64,000 bases of DNA from Acidobacteriota bacterium (GTDB lineage: Bacteria; Acidobacteriota; Thermoanaerobaculia; Multivoradales; UBA5704), in contig JBDTZG010000025.1 of NCBI GenBank assembly GCA_040005235.1, positions 1 through 64,000 on the forward strand, written 5' to 3'. The notes under the pieces are model-generated. The model was given only the letters and a program-made list of their open reading frames with translations, was not told the DNA's origin and made no database searches. This document shows positions 37,275 to 46,556 of this stretch, piece by piece (the first letter of the stretch is position 1; the number at the start of each line of letters is the position of its first letter). Position numbers and translations under genes: made by a program.

Positions 37275-37985
37275 ATGGCGTCAAAGAAACCCCCGCTGAC
37301 CGGTTCGAAGCATCCACTACCGTTTGGGGCGCTCGGTCCCGAGCAGTTCGAGCGCCTCTGCCTCTGGCTTGTCAGGCGAGAGAAGTTCGAGCGAGTCGAA
37401 CACCTTGGCGAAGCGGGGAGTGAAGGCGGTCGCGATGTCGTGGGTTGGAAGGCGGAGCGCCGCTGGGTCTTCCAATGCAAGCGGGTTCGGGTGTTTTCCC
37501 TGTCGCACGCCAAAAAGGAGATCACAAAGCTCCGCGCACTGCCGCGAGATCAACAGCCCGATAATCTGGTGTTCGTGGTATCGCGAGCAGTTAGCGCCGA
37601 AACGCGCGAGGCCATCCGGACGCTGTGGGGCGACGAGGCGACCTGCCACTTCTGGAGCGGTAACGAGCTGGACGAGAGAGTGAAGTGCCATCCGGCTTTG
37701 GTCGCCGAGTTCTTCGAGCTTCCGCCGGACACCTCGCGGTTGGGCCGCCTGATCAGCCTTCCGTACGCTTCCCTCGGTGAGCTTTTCCAAGGCCGAGAAG
37801 AGGTGCTCGCCTCCCTCCACCAGAAGCTCACGGATGGAAAAAGCGGGAAGGCGACCGCCATCGCAGGAAAAGCCGTCCACGGTCTCGGTGGAGTGGGGAA
37901 GACTCGCCTCGCGATCCCCCTCCCCGGGGGAAGGAACCCTTCGCCAAAGGATTTCTTGGACTCGACCGGCTTCGAACACCGGTGA
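37275..37985 (+). pseudogene. Mrr-like restriction endonuclease domain plus NB-ARC/STAND NTPase truncated after Walker A
   Basis: FERLC...GSEGGRDV...FQCKR (PD-(D/E)xK-like), then LPY....FQGRE..L..L and VHGLGGVGKTRLA; family similarity lost at ~37913. Confidence 0.8.
37917..37950. repeat. REP-like element, right
   Basis: CCCCTCCCCGGGGGAAGGAACCCTTCGCCAAAGG; its reverse complement aligns with 37148-37183. Confidence 0.75.
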
Positions 37986-38019
37986 TCGCTCGCACGCAAG
38001 GCCGTCGCGGGCGTCCCGT

Positions 38020-38445
38020 CGTGCAAAGTTGAGCGCCGTTAGTACGAAGCAAACGCCGGCAACCGGTGCCCCGCGTCCGAGCACTGGTGCTCAGCGGCTG
38101 CGATGTGCAACATTGCGTCCGCTGTGTGCGTATCCGAGGCTCGCGCGGGGTGCTCGGCCGCTACGATGTGTTAGGCGGCGATGGGTTTGTACATTTGGGC
38201 CGCCCGGAAGCGCCTCCGAGAAGCGCCGCCGTCCTTCGTGGTTTCCGCGGACCGGTTCGCGGCGGTCTGTTTGTGCGTCCGCGAAGATATTTTGTGGGTC
38301 CCGACGAGATCCGACCAGCTCCCGCCGGCTGCGAAGCGGTGCCCGCGTGCAAGGCTGCACATCGAAACGTCAGCGCTGTACAACGAAGCTCTGCGGAACT
38401 GAGTCCGGCTCGTGGGGATGTACAGCCGTCTCGCCGCGCTGTACA
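38020..38445. repeat. Degenerate 21-bp-phased array of TGTACA-like hexamers
   Basis: Hexamers at 38020, 38041, 38104, 38125, 38167, 38188, 38272, 38293, 38356, 38377, 38419 and 38440; all offsets are multiples of 21. Confidence 0.75.
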
Positions 38446-38482
38446 TCCGGAAGCCTCCGAAGCGCCTCCCGCAGCCCGCGGA

Positions 38483-38603
38483 CTACCCCGTACACGGCAC
38501 GGAGAGGCAGGTGAGGCCTCCCTCCGCCTTCTGAAGCTCCGAGAGGTCGTTCGTTTGGACATCGCACCCGCGCCCGGCGAGGAGATCGCGGGTACGGGGG
38601 ATA
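38483..38603 (-). pseudogene. 3' fragment of a second dimethylarginine dimethylaminohydrolase gene
   Basis: IPRTRDLLAGRGCDVQTNDLSELQKAEGGLTCLSVP against FPRTRDLLARRGHEVVTIDVSELQKAEGSLTCLSVP in 39097..39867. Confidence 0.85.
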
Positions 38604-38657
38604 GACCGCGAGGAGACGGCGACTTCGAAAGGGCGAAGCCTGGCTACGGGCGCCGCC

Positions 38658-39044
38658 CTATTCGCCGGCCGGGGGCTCCCAGAGTTCCACCTTGTTGCCA
38701 TCCGGATCGATGACCCAGGCGAACTTGCCGTACTCCGACTCGTCGATCTTGTCGAGCACGTTGCAGCCTTCGGTCCTCAAGGCATCGACCAGCGCGTGCA
38801 GGTCCGCGACCCGGTAGTTGACCATGAAGGGGGCGGTGCTCGGAGCGAAATAGGTGCTGGTTGCGGGATTGACGTTCCAGACGGTCGTTCCCGCCGTCGG
38901 ATTTCCTTCCGAATCGGTCCAGCGAAACGACGCTCCGCCCCAATCCTGCACGTCGATACCGAGATGCTCCTTGTACCAGGCCCGGAGCGTGACGGGCTCA
39001 GGTGATTGGAAGAAGATGCCGCCGATACCCGTGACTCGCTTCAT
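38658..39044 (-). CDS. VOC/glyoxalase family protein
   Basis: MKRVTGIGGIFF...WY...LG...FMVNYRVADL...YGKFAWVIDPDGNKVELWEP. Confidence 0.92.
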   Translation of the reverse strand: MKRVTGIGGIFFQSPEPVTLRAWYKEHLGIDVQDWGGASFRWTDSEGNPTAGTTVWNVNPATSTYFAPSTAPFMVNYRVADLHALVDALRTEGCNVLDKIDESEYGKFAWVIDPDGNKVELWEPPAGE

Positions 39045-39096
39045 GTCGGTCTCCTGTTTGGATGGGGTGGAGGGTTCCCCGGTGCTCGATCCCGGC

Positions 39097-39867
39097 TCAA
39101 CCCTCGAAAGGTACGCTTAGACAGGTGAGGCTCCCTTCCGCCTTCTGAAGTTCCGAGACGTCGATTGTCACCACCTCGTGCCCGCGTCTGGCGAGTAAAT
39201 CTCGGGTGCGGGGAAAGCCCGCGGGGAGAAGGATCACTCCATCGACGGTGAGCGTATTCGCCGCCCAGGGCTCCTCCGCCGGTAGCGGGACGATTTCGAC
39301 TCCTTGGAGCGCGGAGATGTCCACCCAGGCGGGATTGGCGAGGAAGCAGTCGTTTCCTGCGTAGGTCACGCCGGTTTTGAGGTGCAGGCAGTCCGTGAGG
39401 CCGACCGGCACCACCAGGTAGCCGAACGGACGGAGAATCTCGGCCAGCGCTTCGTGCGCCGCGGCGTTCGTTCGGGCGGAGCGGCCGACGTAGAGCGTCT
39501 TGCCGACGAGCATCACGTCGCCCCCTTCGAGCCGGGCTTTGGGGGGGAGCTGGACCAGCGGCCGGTAGCGGCCGACCGCTTCGGCGACGCTTTCGACTTC
39601 GCCCTCTCGGCTTGCCGCTCCGGGCCGGCCGACGATCGCGATTTCGTCGAGAACGACGATCGGATCTTCGACGAAGACCGCGTCCGGTTGGTCGGGCAAT
39701 TCGGGCAGCCATTCGACGGTGAGCCCCGCTGCTTCGAGCGCTGTGGCGTAGGCACGGTGCTGCTCGGCGGCTTTCGGGAGATCGATTGGCTCCCGGTCGC
39801 GGAACGAGAGCTCGCAATGGGCGAGCGACCGGCTGACCGGACGGACTAGGCCTCGTGGAATCGCCAT
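39097..39867 (-). CDS. Dimethylarginine dimethylaminohydrolase (amidinotransferase family)
   Basis: PDAVFVED, LEGGDV, LHLKTG, KAEGSLTCLS catalytic Cys. Confidence 0.92.
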   Translation of the reverse strand: MAIPRGLVRPVSRSLAHCELSFRDREPIDLPKAAEQHRAYATALEAAGLTVEWLPELPDQPDAVFVEDPIVVLDEIAIVGRPGAASREGEVESVAEAVGRYRPLVQLPPKARLEGGDVMLVGKTLYVGRSARTNAAAHEALAEILRPFGYLVVPVGLTDCLHLKTGVTYAGNDCFLANPAWVDISALQGVEIVPLPAEEPWAANTLTVDGVILLPAGFPRTRDLLARRGHEVVTIDVSELQKAEGSLTCLSVPFEG

Positions 39868-39872
39868 AGGGT

Positions 39873-40535
39873 TCAACGGGCTTTCTTCCGGCCGCGCGGC
39901 AGGGAGGCGGAGCGCGGCGGTGCGGCGACGACGGGTTCGACCCGGTCGCCGCGCAGGTCGCCGAGGTAGAAGCCGGCCCAGAGGAGGAACGGCAGGCCGA
40001 GCTTGAACGGTAGGTCCATCAGGTGTTTCGAGAGACCGTAGACGTTCTGCGCGAACGAGCCGTAGTGGGCGGCGCTCCAGGGGCCGAGCCCCGTGGCGTA
40101 GGTGGATTTGACGATGAAGAAGACCAGCAGCACGTCGAAGAAGACGGTGATCCCGACCGCCCAGGCGAGGTTCTCCAGCCGGCGGCGCCAGGGGATGCCC
40201 GGAACGGCGAGAAACAGGGTGACCACGAGGATCAGGTGAAAATGGACATCGGTCAGCTGGAACCCATGCACCAGGCTTTTCGACGGTGGAAAGTCGCGCC
40301 GCTGGATGAAAGCCGACTGGCTGTCGCGCGGCAGCAGGTTCGTGGCGTCCGGGCTCTCGGTCCAGTGGAGGAGGGTCTGCGCGCCTCCGAGCAACAGGCG
40401 ATTGTAGAGGGGCGTCACGAGATACCAGACGACCGCGACCGGCACGATCAGGAGCAGCAGGTTCCGCACCAGACCGCGCATTCGCGGTGCGGACGGGGGG
40501 GAGACTTCGGCCTGCGGCTCGATCGGCTCTTTCAT
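39873..40535 (-). CDS. Exosortase-associated membrane protein
   Basis: Four TM segments; directly downstream of the exosortase; LFLAVPG..WRRR and LPFLLW. Confidence 0.7.
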   Translation of the reverse strand: MKEPIEPQAEVSPPSAPRMRGLVRNLLLLIVPVAVVWYLVTPLYNRLLLGGAQTLLHWTESPDATNLLPRDSQSAFIQRRDFPPSKSLVHGFQLTDVHFHLILVVTLFLAVPGIPWRRRLENLAWAVGITVFFDVLLVFFIVKSTYATGLGPWSAAHYGSFAQNVYGLSKHLMDLPFKLGLPFLLWAGFYLGDLRGDRVEPVVAAPPRSASLPRGRKKAR

Positions 40536-40564
40536 GGGTGGCGACGCTCGGAGGAGCGGGTTCC

Positions 40565-41125
40565 CTATGCCGCCGTCTCGGTCGCCGGAGCGGGCCGGGG
40601 CAATCGGTTTGCCCAATAGATCCAGAGCAGGACGCTCGCCAGAATCACGATGGTCTGCCAGATCACGGTGTGCGAGGCGTTGAAGATCTTGGGAAAGTAG
40701 ACGCCGGTCAAATAGAGGGCGACCACGCGGATCAGGTTGATCAATTGGATCGCCACGATGCCGAGCGCCAGGCCGGCGAATTTGGATTTCCAGGGGGCGG
40801 GGAAGGCGAGCACGGCGGCGAGGAAGATCAGCATCGCCTCCACCCCGTTGCAGCCGTTCTTGATGTTGACCGCGAAACGCGGCCCTTGAATCAGCGTGCC
40901 CTGCTGGTGGACCTTTTGCCCGAGCAAGTTGAGCGCCGCGGTGCTCGCCGAGGCGACCCCGCCGGTGAACGGCTCGATCACGTGGTCGTTTACCCAGTTG
41001 ACCGAGATCAGCGCGAAGCTTGCGCCCAGGATCAAGGCGAACAGGACGAGGAACTGGATCTCCCGCCGGTTGGTCCTGAAAAAGCGGCCGATCCCAGAGG
41101 TCGGCTCCGAGGCTGGTGTGGTCAT
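40565..41125 (-). CDS. xrtH: Exosortase H (IPTL-CTERM specific type)
   Basis: [14 protein letters not shown] (Cys), [15 protein letters not shown] (Arg), [10 protein letters not shown] (His). Confidence 0.85.
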   Translation of the reverse strand: MTTPASEPTSGIGRFFRTNRREIQFLVLFALILGASFALISVNWVNDHVIEPFTGGVASASTAALNLLGQKVHQQGTLIQGPRFAVNIKNGCNGVEAMLIFLAAVLAFPAPWKSKFAGLALGIVAIQLINLIRVVALYLTGVYFPKIFNASHTVIWQTIVILASVLLWIYWANRLPRPAPATETAA

Positions 41126-41181
41126 TGGCTGGGCATCTCCGAGAAAGACGAGCCGGATCGCAGGTGAAGCGAGGATTGTAC

Positions 41182-41238
41182 CGCCAGAAGCCGGGCGCCA
41201 GAAGCCGTTTGACCTGCCGGCCCTCGGCGCCATATCCT
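41182..41238 (+). promoter_or_regulatory. pyr operon promoter with an upstream 12-bp direct repeat
   Basis: CGCCAGAAGCCG twice (41182, 41196), then TTGACC-N18-TATCCT. Confidence 0.55.
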
Positions 41239-41256
41239 CCGCCGGGTCCCGGACAC

Positions 41257-41816
41257 ATGCAGAGCAAGCTCACGCCGAAAGCGACGATCCTCGAAGCGCC
41301 CGAAATGGCGCGGATCGTCCGTCGGATGGCGGGGGAGATCGCCGAGCGCAATCGGGGGATCAAAGACCTCCTCCTGATCGGCATTCGCACCCGCGGCGTA
41401 CCGCTCGCCGAGGCGCTGGCCGCCGAGATCGGCCGGATGGAAGGGCATCCGGTGCCGATCGGCATCCTCGACATCACCCTCTACCGCGACGACCTTTCGA
41501 CCATCGGCCAGCACCCGCTGGTCAAAGAAACCCACCTGCCGCCGATCGACGGGGCGGTCGTCGTCCTCTGCGACGACGTCCTCTACACCGGGCGGACCGT
41601 GCGCGCCGCGCTCGATCACCTGGTCGATTACGGCCGGCCGCGCGCGGTGCAGCTCGCCGTGCTGATCGACCGCGGCCACCGCGAGCTGCCGATCCAGGCC
41701 GACTTCGTCGGCCGCACGGTCCACACCTCGGCCGAGGAATCGGTCGAGGTCCTGTTCCCCTCGACCGACGGCGGCGCCGAACAGGTCCGAATCCTTGAAC
41801 GGACGCCTGCCGCCTG

Positions 41817-41817
<1 letters not shown>
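41257..41817 (+). CDS. pyrR: PyrR pyrimidine regulatory protein / uracil phosphoribosyltransferase
   Basis: [49 protein letters not shown]. Confidence 0.97.
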
Positions 41818-42775
<958 letters not shown>

Positions 42776-42779
<4 letters not shown>

Positions 42780-44062
42780 GTTCGATATTGATTCACGGCG
42801 GCCGGCTGATCGATCCGAGCCAGGGGCTCGACGGACAATTCGACCTGCGGATCGAAGACGGAGTGGTGGCCGAGATCGCGGAGCGGATCGAGACCTCTGG
42901 GAATGGCACGGACACGATCGACGCGACCGGCCTGATCGTCTGCCCGGGTCTGATCGACATTCACGTCCACCTGCGCGAGCCGGGCTTCGAATACAAAGAG
43001 ACGGTCCAGACGGGCACCCGCGCGGCGGCGGCGGGAGGGTTCACCTCCGTCGCCTGCATGGCCAATACCGACCCGGTCCACGACAACCGCTCGGTCACCG
43101 GCCACATCATGAGCGAAGCGGCGCGCTGGGGCTACGCGCGGGTGTATCCGATCGGCGCGATCAGCAAAGGCTTGCTGGGCCAGGAGCTGGCGGAGATCGG
43201 CGAGATGGTCGGGGCCGGAGCGGTCGCGGTCTCGGACGACGGCAAACCGGTGATGAACGCCGAGCTGATGCGCCGCGCGCTGCTCTACGCCCAGCACTTC
43301 GGCATCCCGGTGATCCAGCATGCGGAAGACCTGAGTCTCTCCGGCAAGGGCGTGATGCACGAGGGGGAGTGGTCGACCCGTCTCGGCCTCGAAGGCATTC
43401 CCGGATCGGCCGAGGACGTGATGGTCGCAAGAGACCTGATCCTGCTCGACGACACGGGCGGCCGCTACCACGTCGCGCATCTGTCGACCGCGCGCAGCTT
43501 GGAGCTGGTTCGCCAGGCGAAGAAGAAGGGGATTCCGGTCACCTGCGAGGTCACGCCCCATCATCTGGTTCTGACCGACGAAGAGGTCGCACGCAGCTCT
43601 TTTTCGACCCAAACCAAAATGAAGCCGCCGCTGCGCTCCGAGGCGGACCGCCTGGCGCTGATCGAGGGCCTCCAAGACGGCACGGTCGACGCCATCGCCT
43701 CGGACCACGCGCCGCATCACGCGGACGAAAAAGACGTCGAATATAACTGTGCTCCGTTCGGCATCCTGGGGCTCGAAACCACGCTGCCGCTCTGCATGGA
43801 GCGCCTGGTCCACGCCGGGCTGATCTCGATGTCGCGCTTCATCGAGCTGCTGACGATCGGCCCGGCCCGCGCGCTGAACCTCCCAGTGGGCACGCTGGCC
43901 CCCGGCAAACCGGCCGACGTGACGATCTTCGACCCCGACCGCGAAGTGACCATCGATCCCGAAGCGTTTTGCAGCAAGGGGCGCAACACCCCGTTCGGCG
44001 GCTGGAAGCTGCGCGGCGCGGCGGTGGCTACGGTGGTGGGCGGTCGGCGGGTGGTGGTGTAG
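42776..44062 (+). CDS. pyrC: Dihydroorotase
   Basis: [31 protein letters not shown]. Confidence 0.97.
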
Positions 44063-44098
44063 GGGCGGCCCTGCCGTCCCCAGCGCCTTCGATTTGGG

Positions 44099-45670
44099 TC
44101 ATTCGATTCGCGGTAGGCGCACCTCGATCGTTGCTCCTCCCAACCGCCCCTCCGCCGCTCGGACGTTGCCGCCGTAGCCTTCGACGATCGCTCTAACGAT
44201 CGCCAGGCCCAGGCCGGCGTGGGGGCTTGCAGCGCGGCTTTCGGAGCGGGAAGTGAAAAACCTTTCGAACACGCGCTCGCGATCGGCGGCCGGAATGCCC
44301 GGTCCTTGATCGGAGATCTCGACGCCCACCTGGGTGTCGGTCGAGCGGAGGCGCAGCGCGATCCGGCCGTCAGGCGGCGAGAAACTCGCGGCGTTGTCGA
44401 GAAGGTTTTCGAACGCTTGGGCGAGCCGATCGGGGCTCGCGCGGGTCCAGAGTTTTTCTTCGGGAGCATCGAGCTCGAAACGGAGCGTGGGGTGGAGGAG
44501 CTTGAAGCCCTCGACGAGCTTTGTGACCAGATCGCGGAGTGCCACGCGCTCCGTCGGTTCGGCTTCCAACCGTGCGTCGATCGCGGTGATCTCGCCGACG
44601 CTTCCCAGCAGACGTTCGAGGCGGGAAATCTCGGCGAGGGCGAGATCGGAGAGGCGGCGGTGCTCTTCGGCCGTGCTTTCTCCGTCGAGCAGCTCGATCG
44701 CATTGCGAATCGCCGCGAGCGGATTTTTGAATTCGTGGGCCACGTCGGCGGCGAACGATTCGATGAAACCTAGGTGACCTTCGAGCCGTGCGGTGAGCGC
44801 TTCGAGCGCGCGGGCCAGCTCGCCGATCTCGTCCCGGCGTTTCAGGCCGCGAAAGCGGCCTCTTAAACGGCCTCGCCGGTCGACCAGGTCGGCGGCCTGG
44901 GCGGAGAGGCGTGCGAGCGGCCGGCTGATCGTGGTCGCGAATAGGAGCGAGAGGAGGAATGCGGCGCCGATCGAGGCGAGCAGGATTTCGAAGATCCGGA
45001 GGCGCACGGCGTAGAGCGAGCGGAGCACCCGAACGGTCGATTGGGTGACGACCACGGCGCCGATGATTTCGCCACTGCCGCCGATTCCCCGCACCGGGAT
45101 CGCGCTGTGGAGCGTGAGCGACCGCTGGCCGGGAGAGCGCTCAATACCGCCGCCGTAGCGGCCGGAAAGAGCGGCGGACAGCGCCGTCCGGAGGCCGCTA
45201 TCCCGCGGACCTCTCCGTGCGTTCCCTGCCGATTCGTCACGCGATTCGAGCAGGGGCTCGAAGAAGCGAAACAGCGCGGCGCCGAGCCGGTAGATTGGGT
45301 TGCGGCGCTCGGGCGAGGCGCGGGCCGCCTCGCTTCCCGGGTCGGACGAATAACTTCGACCGGCGTCGGGTGGCGGTGGTGGTGGAGTCCCTCGGCTTGA
45401 ATCCGCGAGCGGCAGGCCCGTCGCGCCATAGATCCGCAGGCGGCTTTCGGTCCGCGCTTCAAGCCGAGCGATCAGCGCCGCAGCGTCCTCGGCGGTCAAG
45501 GATTCGCGACCTCCGAGTGCCGCGGCGAGCAGGCGCCCCTGCTGGACCATTCCTTTCTCTTGTTGGGTGAGCAGCTCGCGCTCGTAGACGTCGAGGTAGA
45601 GCAATCCGGAGACCGGCAGGAAGACGAGCAGCAGGTTGAACAGCAGGAGCCGGGTCGAAAGGCGGAACAT
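44099..45670 (-). CDS. Sensor histidine kinase (ChvG/CreC-like, HAMP)
   Basis: Two TM segments, RRDEIGEL, AHEFKNPL, NLLDNA, DQGPG, GLGLAI. Confidence 0.93.
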   Translation of the reverse strand: MFRLSTRLLLFNLLLVFLPVSGLLYLDVYERELLTQQEKGMVQQGRLLAAALGGRESLTAEDAAALIARLEARTESRLRIYGATGLPLADSSRGTPPPPPPDAGRSYSSDPGSEAARASPERRNPIYRLGAALFRFFEPLLESRDESAGNARRGPRDSGLRTALSAALSGRYGGGIERSPGQRSLTLHSAIPVRGIGGSGEIIGAVVVTQSTVRVLRSLYAVRLRIFEILLASIGAAFLLSLLFATTISRPLARLSAQAADLVDRRGRLRGRFRGLKRRDEIGELARALEALTARLEGHLGFIESFAADVAHEFKNPLAAIRNAIELLDGESTAEEHRRLSDLALAEISRLERLLGSVGEITAIDARLEAEPTERVALRDLVTKLVEGFKLLHPTLRFELDAPEEKLWTRASPDRLAQAFENLLDNAASFSPPDGRIALRLRSTDTQVGVEISDQGPGIPAADRERVFERFFTSRSESRAASPHAGLGLAIVRAIVEGYGGNVRAAEGRLGGATIEVRLPRIE

Positions 45671-46383
45671 CACTCCGGCTCCCGCAGGCGATAGCCGAGG
45701 CCGTAGACGGTCTCGATCGCCTCGGCTCCGCCGGGATCGGCTTCGGCGAGTTTCTTCCTCAGGCGCTTGATGTGGCTGTCGATCGTCCGTTCGCTCACGT
45801 AAGCGTCGTACGGATAGCCGTCTTGCATCAGTTGGGCACGGGTCTTCACGTGACCGGGATGGCGGGCGAGCGCCTGAAGGAGGGTGAACTCGGTGACCGT
45901 GAGATCGAGCGAAGTGCCTGCCGAGCGGGCGCGGTAGCGCTTCGGATCGAGAGTGAGGGCACCCACGTGGAGCAGCAGCTCGGGCTCTTCGGGCTCTGCG
46001 GCGAGGGCGGCGCGGCGGAGCAGGACTTTCACTCGGGCGGCCAGCTCGCGGATCGAAAACGGTTTGCACAGATAGTCGTCGGCACCCAGCTCGAGCCCCA
46101 ACACCCGGTCGAACTCCTCGTCGCGCGAGGTGACGAATAGGATCGGCAGCCGCTCCGAGAGAGCGCGCAGGCGCCGGCAGAGCTCGCGACCGTCCAGTCC
46201 GGGGAGCAGAATGTCGAGGATCGCGAGATCGGGAAGTCCGCGTTCGAACGACTGCCAGGCGGCGAGGCCGTCGGCGTACGGCTCCACCCGGTAACCCTCG
46301 CGGGCGAGCGCCGTGCGCATCGTTTCGCGCACGCCCTCTTCGTCCTCGACTAGGGCGACCCGTGCTCCCGTCTGCGGCGTCAT
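45670..46383 (-). CDS. OmpR-family response regulator (ChvI/CreB-like)
   Basis: LVEDE, LDILLP, GADDYLCKPF, RTIDSHIKRLRKK, ETVYGLGY. Confidence 0.95.
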   Translation of the reverse strand: MTPQTGARVALVEDEEGVRETMRTALAREGYRVEPYADGLAAWQSFERGLPDLAILDILLPGLDGRELCRRLRALSERLPILFVTSRDEEFDRVLGLELGADDYLCKPFSIRELAARVKVLLRRAALAAEPEEPELLLHVGALTLDPKRYRARSAGTSLDLTVTEFTLLQALARHPGHVKTRAQLMQDGYPYDAYVSERTIDSHIKRLRKKLAEADPGGAEAIETVYGLGYRLREPE

Positions 46384-46556
46384 GGCGGGCACTTTAGCCC
46401 AGCGGCCGGAGGATTCGCCGCTCGCCACATTTCCGCCACGATCTTCCTTGCTCTCTCCTTGTCGCTGCCGCTCCCGCTCCCCGGCGATGCGATCGAATCG
46501 CTTTCGAACTTGGAGCCCGGCACTCCGCCGGGCTGAATTCTTGGGGAGATGAAGCG

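Noticed and set aside
38020-38445. CRISPR array
   Set aside because: The conserved unit is only ~6 bp, there are no 23-47 bp repeats, and no cas genes are present.
44059-44090. GTAG-type REP after pyrC
   Set aside because: GTAGGGGCGGCCCT start only; the palindrome is incomplete and there is a single copy in the window.
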